Positions 1 to 10,334 are shown, counted from the stretch's first letter. The stretch is DNA of 57,146 nucleotides from an uncultured Acidobacterium sp. (GCA_964355095.1 CAYHCX010000008.1:7320-64465), one strand, 5' to 3'. The notes: generated by a model not told the origin, from the letters alone. Program-made: numbers and translations.

Positions 1-1
1 G

Positions 2-916
2 CGGCAGATCCTGATGCTCGGGCACTTCGACACCGTGTGGCCCATTGGCCAGTTGAAGACCATGGCGATGAAGCGCGAGAACGGGCGCCTGTACGGACCG
101 GGCGTGTTCGACATGAAGGCCGGTATCGGGCTCGCCACACTGGCCACGCGCGCGGTCATGGAGAACGGCGGCCTCGGCAATTGCCGGGTGGTGATGCTGT
201 GGACGACGGATGAGGAAATCGGCAGCGACACCTCGCGCGCGCTGATCGAGGACGAGGCGCGGCGCAGCGAGGCCGTGATGGTGTTCGAGCCGTCACTACC
301 CGGCGGCGCCCTCAAGACCAGCCGCAAGGGTGTGGGGCAGTTCGAGATGACCGTTCGCGGAGTGTCGGCCCACGCCGGGCTCGACCCCGGCAAGGGCATC
401 AGCGCCGTCCGTGAGCTGGCGCGCCAGATCATCGCCATCGACGACCTGCAGGATCCCGCGAGCGGTGTCACCGTCACGGTTGGCGTCGTCTCCGGAGGGA
501 CCCGCGCGAACGTGGTGCCGGCCGAGGCGCACGCCACCATCGATGCGCGCGCGGTCACGCGGGCGGATGCCGATCGAGTGGAGCGCGCGATGAAGGCCTT
601 GTCGCCGCAGATCGCCGGCGCGCAGCTGACGGTGACGGGCGGCTTCGACCGGCCGCCGCTGGAGAGAAGCGAAGGCGTCGTGAAGCTGTTCGAGGCGGCC
701 CGGGAAGTGGCGGCAGGATTCGGACTGACCTTGGACGAGGGCAGCGCCGGCGGCGGCTCCGACGGCAACTTCACGGCGGCGCTGGGGGTGCCGACCCTCG
801 ACGGCTTCGGCGCGGTCGGAGATGGCGCGCACGCCATTCACGAGCACGTCGAGATCGACGCGCTTGTACCGAGAGCCGCGGTCATTGCGGGTTTGCTGGC
901 ACGCCTGACTGCGTAG
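2..916 (+). CDS. M20 family metallopeptidase (glutamate carboxypeptidase-like), 5' truncated by the window edge
   Basis: Motifs HFDTVW, GPGVFDMKAG, DEEIGS, GGGSDGN and GAHAIHE; the frame is open to the window start. Confidence 0.9.
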   Translation, partial: RQILMLGHFDTVWPIGQLKTMAMKRENGRLYGPGVFDMKAGIGLATLATRAVMENGGLGNCRVVMLWTTDEEIGSDTSRALIEDEARRSEAVMVFEPSLPGGALKTSRKGVGQFEMTVRGVSAHAGLDPGKGISAVRELARQIIAIDDLQDPASGVTVTVGVVSGGTRANVVPAEAHATIDARAVTRADADRVERAMKALSPQIAGAQLTVTGGFDRPPLERSEGVVKLFEAAREVAAGFGLTLDEGSAGGGSDGNFTAALGVPTLDGFGAVGDGAHAIHEHVEIDALVPRAAVIAGLLARLTA

Positions 917-958
917 GGGTCAGACCCCTCGGCACTACCCTCTCGGGGTCAGACCCTC
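915..958. repeat. REP-like GGGGTCAGACCCC palindrome pair
   Basis: Two copies (916-928, 945-956) between convergent genes; the same family occurs at 23536-23577 and 35705-35806. Confidence 0.8.
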
Positions 959-965
959 GTACGAG

Positions 966-1913
966 TTATTCGCCGGTCAACGTCGATCGCCAATACCCGA
1001 TCAGGTCCTCGACCGTCTGGTCGAGCGGGATCTGCGGCGACCAACCGGTGTCCGCTTTGAGGCGGGCGCGGTCGCCCAGCAGGAGGGGGGTGTCATTCGG
1101 CCGGAAGCGCGCCGGGTCCTGCTCCACGCGAATCGGCACGCGCGCGTGCGCGATGAAGAGCTGCAGCAAGTCCTTCACCGCGACCGGACGGCCCGAACAG
1201 ACGTTGTAGGGCACTCCGGGTCTTGCCGACTGCATCATCGCGCGGTAGGCGCGCACGGTGTCGCGCACGTCCATGATGTCGCGCCTCGGCTCGAGGTTCC
1301 CGACCTTCAGGACCGGCTCGAGGCGTCCCGCTTCGATCCCGGCGATCTGCTTCGCGATGCTCGGCGCCAGGAACGACGGCACCTGCCGCGGGCCGACGTG
1401 GTTGAATGCCCGCGCAATCAACCCCGGTATTCCATCGTCTTCCCACGCGCGCAGGGCGACCATCTCCTGCGCCAGCTTGCTGGTGCCATAGGGATTGTTC
1501 GGACAGACGGTGTCGTCTTCGCGCAATGCATGATCGGACGGCGCGTAGACGGTGGCGGAACCGGTCATGAGCACCCGCGGCGCCAGGCCGGCGCGACGCA
1601 GCCCTTCAAACAGGTGGTGGGTGGCGAGCACGTTGCCGGCGAAGGTCTCGCGGGTGTGGCCCCAGGAATCGCCGACGTGAGGCACGCCGGCCAGGTGGTA
1701 GACCGCCGCGGGGCGCGCGTCCCTGACCGCCGCGTCCACCGCGTTGCGGTCGTGCATTTCCACGGTGACCCAGCGCACGCCGGTGCCGCTGACCAGCGGC
1801 CTGGTGCCGGGTCGCTGCCACGCCACGATCTCCGGCGTGTCTTCGGCCAGCAACTCGAGCAGGTGGCTGCCGACGAACCCCGCCGCGCCGGTCACCAGGA
1901 CGGGAGCAGACAT
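966..1913 (-). CDS. NAD-dependent nucleotide-sugar epimerase/dehydratase/reductase (Rmd/Gmd-like extended SDR)
   Basis: GAAGFVG, YGTSK (YxxxK), RAFNHVGP, GNL..RD, DPARFRP; the ATG at 1913 overlaps the rfbB stop. Confidence 0.88.
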   Translation of the reverse strand: MSAPVLVTGAAGFVGSHLLELLAEDTPEIVAWQRPGTRPLVSGTGVRWVTVEMHDRNAVDAAVRDARPAAVYHLAGVPHVGDSWGHTRETFAGNVLATHHLFEGLRRAGLAPRVLMTGSATVYAPSDHALREDDTVCPNNPYGTSKLAQEMVALRAWEDDGIPGLIARAFNHVGPRQVPSFLAPSIAKQIAGIEAGRLEPVLKVGNLEPRRDIMDVRDTVRAYRAMMQSARPGVPYNVCSGRPVAVKDLLQLFIAHARVPIRVEQDPARFRPNDTPLLLGDRARLKADTGWSPQIPLDQTVEDLIGYWRSTLTGE

Positions 1914-2932
1914 CAGCCGCGCTTGCCGTACTGCGCTTCGATGTAGGCCTGGTAGGCGGGGTCGCGTTCCTTGATCGGCCGCCACCACCACTGGTTGGCC
2001 TGGTACCACGCCACGGTGTCGTGCAGCCCCTGCTCGAACGGGACGTGCGGCTTCCAGCCCATGGCCTGGAGCTTCGCGGTGCCGAGGCTGTAGCGGCGGT
2101 CGTGACCCTTGCGGTCGGCCACCGGCTTGATCAGGTCGGTGCCCTTGCCCATCAGCGTCAGGACGGCGTGCGTCAGGTCGATGTTCTTCACCTCGTTGCC
2201 GCCGCCGATGTTGTAGACCTCGCCGTTGGTGCCGGTGTGAATCAGCAGGTCGAGCGCGCGGCAGTGGTCGAGCACGTGCAGCCAGTCGCGGATGTTGCCG
2301 CCGTCGCCGTAGAGCGGCACCGGGACGTTGTCCATCAGATTGGTGACGAACAGCGGCAGGATCTTCTCGGGGAACTGGTATGGCCCGTAGTTGTTCGAGG
2401 CGCGGGTGACGATGACCGGCACGTCGTGGGTGGCCCAGTAGCTGTAGGCCAGGCGATCGGCGCCGGCCTTGCTCGCGGCGTACGGGTTGCGCGGCCGCAA
2501 CTCGTCGGTCTCGACGCTCGAGCCCTCGGCCACGCTGCCGTAGACCTCGTCGGTGGAAATCTGCACGAAGCGCTTCAGCGCCGGGTTGCGCCGCGCCGCT
2601 TCGAGCAGCACGAACGAACCTTCGACGTCGGTCTTGATGAAGTCACCGGCCGCCATGATCGAGCGATCGACGTGGGTCTCGGCGGCGAAGTGCACGACGT
2701 AGTCGGCGGCTTCGACCAGCGGACCCGCCACGGCGGCGTCGAGGATGTCGCCGTGCACGAAGGTATGGCGCGGGTTGTCGATGACGTCGTGCAGGTTCTC
2801 CATGCGGCCGGCGTAGGTCAGCTTGTCGAGATTGGTGACGTGCCAGTCGGGATGCGTGTGCAGCGCATACCGCACGAAGTTGCTGCCGATAAAACCGGCG
2901 CCGCCGGTCACAAGTACTTTGATCTGCGTCAT
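1913..2932 (-). CDS. rfbB: dTDP-glucose 4,6-dehydratase
   Basis: VTGGAGFIGSNF, DKLTYAG, HFAAETHVDRSI, STDEVYG, SNNYGPYQFPEK, RKGHDRRY. Confidence 0.96.
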   Translation of the reverse strand: MTQIKVLVTGGAGFIGSNFVRYALHTHPDWHVTNLDKLTYAGRMENLHDVIDNPRHTFVHGDILDAAVAGPLVEAADYVVHFAAETHVDRSIMAAGDFIKTDVEGSFVLLEAARRNPALKRFVQISTDEVYGSVAEGSSVETDELRPRNPYAASKAGADRLAYSYWATHDVPVIVTRASNNYGPYQFPEKILPLFVTNLMDNVPVPLYGDGGNIRDWLHVLDHCRALDLLIHTGTNGEVYNIGGGNEVKNIDLTHAVLTLMGKGTDLIKPVADRKGHDRRYSLGTAKLQAMGWKPHVPFEQGLHDTVAWYQANQWWWRPIKERDPAYQAYIEAQYGKRG

Positions 2933-2940
2933 CTGCGGCC

Positions 2941-4008
2941 CTACCAGCGAATCCAGACCTCTGAGTTGTCGCCCAGCATGAAGCGGTGGGCGGCCGGCTT
3001 GAGCGGCAGGCGATGAATCTTCACGCCGCGGCCAATCAGGCTGTCGGCAACGCGCGTGTCCAGGTCGTGAATCAACGCGCCTTCCAGCACGATGCTGTGC
3101 TCGATCTCGGAATGCGAGATCTCGACGTCGGGGCCAATCGAGGTGAAGGGGCCGACGTAGGCGTGCTTGATGCGCGCGCCCGGGCCGATCACCGCGGGTC
3201 CGCGAATCACGGAGTGCTCGACCGTGGCCCCGGCCTCGATCACCACGTTGCCTTCGATCTTCGACGCCGCGTCCACCGTGCCGTCGGTCCGCGGCGCCAG
3301 GGTCTGCAGAATGAGGCGGTTGGCCTCGAGCATGTCCTCGAGCTTGCCGGTGTCCTTCCACCAGCCGCTGACCAGGTGAGGCGTGACCCGCAGGCCGCGA
3401 TCGATCAGGTCCTGGATGGCGTCGGTAATCTCGAGCTCGTTGCGGAAGCTGGGCTTGATGGTCTTGACCGAGGCGAAGATCTCCGGTCCGAACATGTAGA
3501 CGCCGACCAGTGCCAGGTTGGACTTCGGCTCCTTCGGCTTCTCGACCAGGCGAACGACCTTGCCGTCCTTCAGCTCGGCGACGCCGAACATCTGCGGGTC
3601 CGGTACCGGCGTCAGCAGGATCTGCGCCGCCGGCCTTTCCTTCACGAACTGCTCCACGAACTCGACGATGCCGCGATTGAGGAGGTTGTCGCCCAGGTAC
3701 ATCACGAACGGATCGGCGCCGATGAACGGCTCGCTGATCAGCACGGCGTGGGCCAGGCCGCGGGGCGCGTCCTGCGGGAGGTAGGTGACCTTCGCCCCCC
3801 ATTTCGAGCCGTCGCCGACCGCGGCCCGGATCTCCGCCTGGGTGTCGCCGACGACGATGCCGATGTCGGTGATGCCGGCGGCGACCAGCGCCTCGATCCC
3901 GTAAAACAGGACCGGTTTGTTGGCGACGGGCACCAGTTGCTTGGCACTGGTGTAGGTGAGCGGCCGGAGGCGAGTGCCCTTACCCCCGCTGAGGATGAGT
4001 CCTTTCAT
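2941..4008 (-). CDS. rfbA: Glucose-1-phosphate thymidylyltransferase (long form)
   Basis: MKGLILSGGKGTRLRPLT, KQLVPVANKP, EKP, RNELEITD, WWKDTG and a C-terminal hexapeptide-like region. Confidence 0.93.
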   Translation of the reverse strand: MKGLILSGGKGTRLRPLTYTSAKQLVPVANKPVLFYGIEALVAAGITDIGIVVGDTQAEIRAAVGDGSKWGAKVTYLPQDAPRGLAHAVLISEPFIGADPFVMYLGDNLLNRGIVEFVEQFVKERPAAQILLTPVPDPQMFGVAELKDGKVVRLVEKPKEPKSNLALVGVYMFGPEIFASVKTIKPSFRNELEITDAIQDLIDRGLRVTPHLVSGWWKDTGKLEDMLEANRLILQTLAPRTDGTVDAASKIEGNVVIEAGATVEHSVIRGPAVIGPGARIKHAYVGPFTSIGPDVEISHSEIEHSIVLEGALIHDLDTRVADSLIGRGVKIHRLPLKPAAHRFMLGDNSEVWIRW

Positions 4009-4022
4009 GACAGCAGACGATG

Positions 4023-6308
4023 TTAATACGTCCCGCCGCCGAATGCCCCGAAGAAATTGGAGAAGGAGCCGACCCCGGCCAGCGTGAACGACATGTTGAA
4101 CCGGCGGTTCTGGGGCACTATCAGGTTGGTGCCCGACCCGTAATTGTAGGCGAGGTATTCGAACGACACGCCGCAGCACTGGGCGTTGTAGAACGCGATA
4201 TAGCGGTGGTTCAGCAGCGTCGAGCGGGCGATGTCGTAGTTGAACGACACGGTGCCGCCGTAGCGGCCGCCGCCGAAGCGCAATTGCGTGCTTTGCTGCA
4301 CGTAGTTGTTCGAGCGGCCCGCCGCCGCGGCGCCGTAGTTCTGCCGGCTCCATCCCGCCGACGCCTCGAGCAGGTTGGTGCGATAGGCGCCGTTCAGGCC
4401 GTAGCCGATCACCTTGAAGGTGGCCTCGGTGCGCGGATCGTACTCCATGCGGAAGTCCACCGACATCGGCTGCAGCGGCAGGGCCCGGGCCGACAGGGAG
4501 ATCGGTGAGAACGGGCTGGCCTCGCGGCCCTGGCTGTAGCCGTAGGCCGGGTCGTACTGGCTGGCGCGCTCGTCGCTGTAGTAGCTCTGCCGGATCGAGA
4601 CGTTCAGCAGTTCCTGCGGCGCGCCGGCCGGCGCGGCGCCTTCGGCCTTCTTGCGCACCAGCAACCGGTTGGCGAGGCCGTACGACAGCTGCGTCGAGCC
4701 GCCGATGATCGTGTCGTAGCGGCCCGACGTCTGCGGCACGCTGCTCTGCGAGTTGATCGCCGTCCGCCGCTGCACCGAGAACGACGGTTCGATCACGTGC
4801 TTCACCCGTTCGGCAAAGGCGTTGTTGGGCGTGAAGACGCGGGAGAACACCGGCCCGACCACGTCGGCCCGCATGTCGGCGTAGCTGCGCGTCACGGCTT
4901 CGTCGATCTGCGTGCGCTGGTCGGCGGCCAGGCTCTCGCTGTAGTAAGTCGTGCGGTAGGCGAGCGTGGCGTTGACCGACAGGAAAGGCAGCGTGCTGAG
5001 CGGCGCCCGCAACGACGGTGACACGTCCACCTGGGTCAGGCTCCGGTCCACCGTGGCGGTCGCGGTCTTGCCGATGTACAGCACGTGCGCGGCGTCGGTG
5101 TTGATGGCGAAGTACACCGGCAGGAAGGGGAGCTTGCGGCCGCTGTACGACGCCGAGAACCCGGGCGCCCGGCCGTTCACCTGCGAATCGGTGGCGTTGT
5201 AGAAGTATTCGGTCCGATCGAACACCGAGTTCACGCTGAGGCCGCCCCACGAGCCCGTCACCCCGCCGTTCACCGTGCGCCGGCTGGTCGTGGCGTCGAG
5301 GAAGTTGTTGCTGTACAGCTGCCGCGTGGTGACGTCGGTCGAGTAGTCAACGTTGGCGCGCGCCGAGAGGCGGAACGGCAGGCCCTGGCTCAGGCCGCCG
5401 GTGATGACCTGGCTCTTTCGCGCCGGCCGCGTCGAGCCGTTGATGACGGCTTCCTGCTCGTTGAGCCAATACGCACGCAGGTTGCCCTGGGCGCGCGGCC
5501 CCATCAGGTAGCGATACTCGGTGCCCATGCCGGTGCCGCGCGAGAAGTACCAGTCGTGGAACAGCGTGAGGTCCTGGCTGCGGTTAATGGCCCAGAAGAA
5601 GGCGTTGCTGATCGACGACCCCTGGTAGGTCGAGGCGCCGTAGCTGGGCAGCAGGAACCCGGTGGCGCGGTCATCGTCCTGGATCGGGTAATACATGATC
5701 GGCAGGTAGAACACCGGCACGTCTTTCACGCGGACCACCGCGTTGCGCATCATGACGTAGTCGTTGAGGTTGACGGTGGCGCGGCCGCTGACAATCTCCC
5801 ACCGCGGCGTCGGCTGCACGCAGGTGGTGAAGCCGCCCTTGTTGATTCGATACTTGTCGGGCCCGACCTTCTCGATCTCGGCGCCGTAGAAATACACGTC
5901 CGGCTCCAGCGTGCCGAACATGCTGCGGTTCTCGAGGCCGCGCTCGCCGAGTTGGGCGATGCCGGTGGCGCTGGTGAAGGTCCCCAGCTTGGTCTTGGTG
6001 TTGAAGACGACGCTCTCGGCGGCAATGCGGGAGGTGGGCGTCTGGAATACGACGTTGCCGCGGGCGGTCAGCTCACCCGTCTTGGTGTTCATCTCGAGGT
6101 CGTCGGCGAAGAACTTCTGGCCGGCGTTGGTGCTGCCCGCTTCGCCTTCAATCTCCACCTCGCGCATCAGCCGGACGCGATCGACGTCGATGCGCTCGAG
6201 CGCGAACTGCTTGGTGTTCCAGCCCGGCACGATCTGCGCGTGCGCCGGCCGCGCGAAAGCGCCCAGCAGGACGGCGCACGTCAGGACGAGGGTGAAGTGG
6301 AACCGCAC
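4023..6308 (-). CDS. lptD: LPS-assembly protein LptD
   Basis: Signal peptide, OstA-like N-terminus (FTTC..PTPRW, VPVFYLP, RATGFLLPSYG), beta-barrel pattern and C-terminal QCC. Confidence 0.85.
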   Translation of the reverse strand: MRFHFTLVLTCAVLLGAFARPAHAQIVPGWNTKQFALERIDVDRVRLMREVEIEGEAGSTNAGQKFFADDLEMNTKTGELTARGNVVFQTPTSRIAAESVVFNTKTKLGTFTSATGIAQLGERGLENRSMFGTLEPDVYFYGAEIEKVGPDKYRINKGGFTTCVQPTPRWEIVSGRATVNLNDYVMMRNAVVRVKDVPVFYLPIMYYPIQDDDRATGFLLPSYGASTYQGSSISNAFFWAINRSQDLTLFHDWYFSRGTGMGTEYRYLMGPRAQGNLRAYWLNEQEAVINGSTRPARKSQVITGGLSQGLPFRLSARANVDYSTDVTTRQLYSNNFLDATTSRRTVNGGVTGSWGGLSVNSVFDRTEYFYNATDSQVNGRAPGFSASYSGRKLPFLPVYFAINTDAAHVLYIGKTATATVDRSLTQVDVSPSLRAPLSTLPFLSVNATLAYRTTYYSESLAADQRTQIDEAVTRSYADMRADVVGPVFSRVFTPNNAFAERVKHVIEPSFSVQRRTAINSQSSVPQTSGRYDTIIGGSTQLSYGLANRLLVRKKAEGAAPAGAPQELLNVSIRQSYYSDERASQYDPAYGYSQGREASPFSPISLSARALPLQPMSVDFRMEYDPRTEATFKVIGYGLNGAYRTNLLEASAGWSRQNYGAAAAGRSNNYVQQSTQLRFGGGRYGGTVSFNYDIARSTLLNHRYIAFYNAQCCGVSFEYLAYNYGSGTNLIVPQNRRFNMSFTLAGVGSFSNFFGAFGGGTY

Positions 6309-6329
6309 GGAAGTTGAGAATACCAGAAT

Positions 6330-6352
6330 GTAGCATCCGCCTTTAGGCGGAC
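6330..6352. repeat. GTAG-type REP hairpin
   Basis: GTAGCATCCGCCTTTAGGCGGAC; relatives at 14019-14071 and 32854-32876. It supplies the folC stop codon. Confidence 0.7.
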
Positions 6353-7602
6353 TGCCCGCGAGAGGCGCCGCCGGCCAGCAAGCGCGCGCGCAGCGGGCCG
6401 ATCAGGTAGATCGATCCCGCCGCCACGACCCGGTTCGACCGCATCAAGGCGCGGGTCACGGCCGCCTCGGGCACCTCTTCCACATCGACCGGGAGCTTGG
6501 GCGCGAGGTCGCGAAGCGCCGCCGCCAGCCCCTCCGCGGTTCGCGCCCGCGCATACGGCACGGTGGTCGCCACAAACGCCGACGCCACTGGCAGCAGCGC
6601 CGCCACCATGCCGGCGAGGTTCTTGTCGGCCATCACCGCGAGCACGATGGGCAGTGGCGCCCGGTTGGTGTCCTGCAGGTAGGTGGCCAGCGCCGCGGCG
6701 CCGGCGGGGTTGTGGGCCGCGTCGATCAGCAGTTCGCCGCCATCGGGCAACCGCAGCCACTCGAGCCGCGCCGGCCAGTCGCAGTCGGCCAGGCCGGTCA
6801 CAATCGCCTCGGTGGGGACAGGCGAGACCCGCGCCGACCACGTTTCGAGAATCGCCACGGCCACGGCGGCGTTCTCCAGCTGGTGCCGCCCCGGCAGGGC
6901 GAGCTTGAGCGGCGGGTAGCTGCGATCGGTGGCGGTGGCGTGCGCGTCGATGAGCGGAGCGCTCACCGCGGCGGCCACCGCGGCGATTCGCCGCGCCGCT
7001 TCGCCGGGCAGCCGCCCGATCACCAGGGGCGTGTCGGGCTTGGCGATGCCGGCCTTCTCGAACGCAATCTCCGACAGCGTCTGGCCCAGGTGGCGTTCGT
7101 GGTCGAAGGCAATCGAGGTGATGGCCGTGACCTCCGGCGCCAGCACGTTGGTGGCGTCGTGGCGCCCGCCGAGCCCGACCTCAACCACCGCAACCTCCAC
7201 CTTCTCGCGGCGGAAGATTTCGAACGCCACCGCCGTCGACACCTCGAAGAAGGTCGGCACGACCGTCAATGCCCCGGTTCGGGTGGCCGCGTCAACCGCC
7301 GCGAACACCGTGTCGGTGGCGGCGGTGAACGTCGCGCGATCGACCGCCACGCCGTTGATCGCCACGCGCTCTTCGATCGTGTCCAGGTGGGGCGAGGTGT
7401 AGCGCCCGGTCTTCAGTCCCGAGGCCCGCAGCGCCCGCTCCGCCATGGCGGCCACCGACCCCTTGCCGTTAGTGCCGGCAATGTGAATCGACCGCCACGC
7501 CCGTTCGGGATGGTCGAGCGCGGCCAGAATGGCGCGGATGTTGTCGAGCCCGAGCTTGATGCCGAACTGCTCGAGGGCGAACAGCCGTTCCAGGCTTGTC
7601 AC
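6343..7602 (-). CDS. folC: Folylpolyglutamate synthase/dihydrofolate synthase
   Basis: HIAGTNGKGS, YTSPHL, EVGLGGRHDATN, DAAHNPAG, GSIYLIG; lies directly after accD. Confidence 0.96.
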   Translation of the reverse strand: MTSLERLFALEQFGIKLGLDNIRAILAALDHPERAWRSIHIAGTNGKGSVAAMAERALRASGLKTGRYTSPHLDTIEERVAINGVAVDRATFTAATDTVFAAVDAATRTGALTVVPTFFEVSTAVAFEIFRREKVEVAVVEVGLGGRHDATNVLAPEVTAITSIAFDHERHLGQTLSEIAFEKAGIAKPDTPLVIGRLPGEAARRIAAVAAAVSAPLIDAHATATDRSYPPLKLALPGRHQLENAAVAVAILETWSARVSPVPTEAIVTGLADCDWPARLEWLRLPDGGELLIDAAHNPAGAAALATYLQDTNRAPLPIVLAVMADKNLAGMVAALLPVASAFVATTVPYARARTAEGLAAALRDLAPKLPVDVEEVPEAAVTRALMRSNRVVAAGSIYLIGPLRARLLAGGASRGQSA

Positions 7603-8480
7603 GGGTTGGTGGCTTGGGGCTTGGGGCTTGGGGCTTGGGTTCTGCCCATGAACCTCAGGGTCTTCTCAAGGGTCGCCTTCAGCTCGCGCCGATCGACCAC
7701 CAGGTCCAGCATGCCGCGTTCGAGCAGGAACTCGCTGCGCTGGAAGCCGTCGGGCAGCTTCTGCCGGATGGTCTGTTCGATCACGCGCGGCCCGGCGAAG
7801 CCGATCAGCGCCTTGGGCTCGGCGATGTTCAGGTCGCCCAGCATGGCGAAGCTGGCGGTGACACCGCCCGTGGTGGGGTCGGTCAGCAGGGAGATGTAGG
7901 GGAGCCTGGCGCGATCGAGCCGTGCCAGCGCCGCCGAGATCTTGGCCATCTGCATGAGCGACAGCGCGCCTTCCATCATGCGGGCGCCGCCGGAGCACGA
8001 CACGATGATCATCGGCGCCTTGCGTTCGAGCGCCATCTCGATGCCGCGCACGATCTTCTCGCCGACCACCACGCCCATCGAGCCGCCGATGAAGCTGTAC
8101 TCCATCGACGCGACCACCGTCTCGAGGCCGTTGATGCGGCCGACGCCGACGATGACGGCGTCCTTCAGCCCGGTGGATTTCTGGGTGTTCGCCAGGCGCG
8201 ACTTGTACGGCTTGGTGTCGGTGAACTTGAGCGGGTCGTTCGAGGTCAGGTCCGGGGCCAGTTCCTCCCACCGCTCGTCGTCAAACAGCGACTTGAGGCG
8301 CTCGGTGGCCGACAGCCGGAAATGGTGCGCGCACTTGCCGCACACGTGGAGGTTTTTGACGAGATCCTTGGTGTAGATGATGGTGTCGCATTCCGGACAC
8401 TTCACCCACAGGCCTTCGGGAACGCGGCTGGTCTTCTCGGGCGTCGCAATGGGTTTGCGAGCCTTCTTGAACCATGCCAT
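7599..8480 (-). CDS. accD: Acetyl-CoA carboxylase carboxyltransferase beta subunit
   Basis: PEGLWVKC zinc finger, GGSMG, SGGARMMEG, PTTGGVTASFA, GFAGPRVIEQT. Confidence 0.97.
   Translation of the reverse strand: MAWFKKARKPIATPEKTSRVPEGLWVKCPECDTIIYTKDLVKNLHVCGKCAHHFRLSATERLKSLFDDERWEELAPDLTSNDPLKFTDTKPYKSRLANTQKSTGLKDAVIVGVGRINGLETVVASMEYSFIGGSMGVVVGEKIVRGIEMALERKAPMIIVSCSGGARMMEGALSLMQMAKISAALARLDRARLPYISLLTDPTTGGVTASFAMLGDLNIAEPKALIGFAGPRVIEQTIRQKLPDGFQRSEFLLERGMLDLVVDRRELKATLEKTLRFMGRTQAPSPKPQATNP
7611..7638. repeat. (GGCTTGG)4 heptamer array forming the accD C-terminal tail
   Basis: Four direct 7-mers read as QAPSPKPQA in AccD. Confidence 0.85.
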
Positions 8481-8502
8481 ATCTGCACAGCTTACCAAGT
8501 TT

Positions 8503-8572
8503 GAAGTGAGAAGTCAGAAGTGAGAAGTGAGAAGTGAGAAACCCTCGACTTTTCACCTCTGACTTCTCACTT
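8503..8572. repeat. AGAAGTG heptamer array with an inverted arm
   Basis: About five AGAAGT(G/C) units followed by reverse-complement units (tcacctctgacttctcactt). Confidence 0.8.
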
Positions 8573-9205
8573 TCGGGCAACGTAATAGCGCGTGCCCTTG
8601 CCCATGCCCTTGATCTGGCGGACCAGCTCGTCGAGCGCCGCATCATCGGATTCGGGGTCGAATTCCGAGGTCTCCACCACGAGGAGCGGCGTCGCCGAGT
8701 AATGGAAGAAGAAGTGCTGGTAGGCCTCGTTCAGTTCCCGCAGGTAGTCCTCGTCGGGCGTCGGCTCCACGCGCTCCGGATCCTTCTCCCGGTTCTTCAG
8801 CCGCTTCATCAGCAGTTCGGTCGGCGCCTGGAGGTAGACGATGAGGTCCGGCGGCGGGACGTCCTTGGCAAGCAGGTCGAACAGGCGCTGGTAGATGAAC
8901 AGTTCGTTGTCGTCGAGGTTCAAATACGCGAAAATCTTGTCCTTGTCGAAGACGTAGTCGCAGACGGTGTTCTGCAGGAACAGGTCGGCCTGCCGCTTAC
9001 TGGTGAGCTGGCGATGTCGGTTGAGTAAATAGAAGAGCTGCGCCTGGAGCGCGGCGCCCGGCCGGTCGGCGTAGAAGTCGGCCAGGAACGGGTTTTCGGT
9101 GTCTTCGAGAACCGTCGTGGCGTCGAGGCGCGCCGCCAACCGTTCGGCCAACCGCGTCTTGCCAACCCCGATCGGGCCTTCGATAGCGAGATAGTGAAAG
9201 GCCAC
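8567..9205 (-). CDS. Deoxynucleoside kinase
   Basis: IAIEG-type P-loop (LAIEGPIGVGKT), ENPFLADFY, QLFYL, PDLIVYLQA. Confidence 0.92.
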   Translation of the reverse strand: MAFHYLAIEGPIGVGKTRLAERLAARLDATTVLEDTENPFLADFYADRPGAALQAQLFYLLNRHRQLTSKRQADLFLQNTVCDYVFDKDKIFAYLNLDDNELFIYQRLFDLLAKDVPPPDLIVYLQAPTELLMKRLKNREKDPERVEPTPDEDYLRELNEAYQHFFFHYSATPLLVVETSEFDPESDDAALDELVRQIKGMGKGTRYYVARK

Positions 9206-9230
9206 TCCGCTGGCGAGTATAGTTTGTGGC

Positions 9231-10334
9231 GTGAAGATCGAAAAGATTGAGTTGTTCCTGTGCCGCCTGCCGCTCGTCCATTTCTTCGAAACGAGCTTCG
9301 GCCGGTCCTACGACCGCACCTTCGTGCTCATCCGGGTGGAAGGGGACGGTCAGGAGGGCTGGGGCGAGTCGGTCGCCGAGGCCGACCCCTACTACAGCAG
9401 CGAGACCACCGAGACGGTGTGGCACATCATCCAGGGGTTCATCGCGCCGCTGGTGGTCGGGCAGACCTTCGAGCATCCCCGTGACGTCTTCCCGGCGCTG
9501 CACCGCATCCGCGGCCACAACATGGCCAAGGCCGGGGTCGAGATGGCGGCCTGGGATCTCCATGCCCGGCTGGCCGGGCAGCCGCTGGCCAAGGCGCTGG
9601 GCGGCACCCGCGACCGCATCGCCTCCGGCGTCTCCATCGGCATCCAGGACTCGTTCGATCAGCTGCTCGAAAAGATCGAGGGCGAGCTGGCCGCCGGCTA
9701 CCAGCGCATCAAGATCAAGATCAAGCCCGGCTGGGACATCGAGGCGGTCGAGCGCATCCGCGCCCGGTTCGGCAACATCCCGCTCCAGGTGGACGCCAAC
9801 GCCGCTTACACGCTGGACGACGCCGACCTGCTGGCCCGGCTGGATCCGTTCGACCTGCTGCTCATTGAGCAGCCGCTGGATTACGACGACGTGATGGATC
9901 ATGCGGTACTGCAACGGCGGATGAAGACGCCCATCTGCCTCGACGAATCCATCCACACCGTGCGCATTGCCCGCGACGCCATCGACGCCAAGGCCTGCCG
10001 CATCATCAACATCAAGCCGGGCCGCGTCGGCGGCCATCGCGCCTCGATCGAGCTGCACGACCTGTGCGCCGCCCACGACATTCCGGTGTGGCATGGCGGC
10101 ATGCTGGAAAGCGGCATTGGCCGCGCCCACAACATCCACCTGGCCAGCCTGCCGAACTTCCGCCTGCCGGGCGACATCGCCGCGAGCAAGCGCTATTACC
10201 AGCCGGACCTGATCGAGCCGGCCATCGAGGTCAGCGCCGACGGCACCATCGCGGTCCCGACCGGCCCGGGCATTGGCGTCAACATCGTCCGCGAGCGGAT
10301 CGACCAGGCCACGTTGCGACACATTTCCTTATGA
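9231..10334 (+). CDS. menC: o-succinylbenzoate synthase / N-succinylamino acid racemase (enolase superfamily)
   Basis: FETSFG, KIKIK, DAN, EQP, LDES, NIKPGRVGG, GGMLESGIGRA, LPGD..ASKRY. Confidence 0.92.
   Translation: MKIEKIELFLCRLPLVHFFETSFGRSYDRTFVLIRVEGDGQEGWGESVAEADPYYSSETTETVWHIIQGFIAPLVVGQTFEHPRDVFPALHRIRGHNMAKAGVEMAAWDLHARLAGQPLAKALGGTRDRIASGVSIGIQDSFDQLLEKIEGELAAGYQRIKIKIKPGWDIEAVERIRARFGNIPLQVDANAAYTLDDADLLARLDPFDLLLIEQPLDYDDVMDHAVLQRRMKTPICLDESIHTVRIARDAIDAKACRIINIKPGRVGGHRASIELHDLCAAHDIPVWHGGMLESGIGRAHNIHLASLPNFRLPGDIAASKRYYQPDLIEPAIEVSADGTIAVPTGPGIGVNIVRERIDQATLRHISL

Noticed and set aside
2941-5250. Long ORFs apparently fusing extra domains to RfbA (also RfbB, the cyclophilin and the HAD enzyme)
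   Set aside because: These are stop-poor alternative frames over neighbouring genes in high-GC DNA; real starts are coupled to upstream stops.
8503-8572. Repeat arrays as possible CRISPR
   Set aside because: The units are 7-10 nt with no unique spacers, and no cas genes are present.
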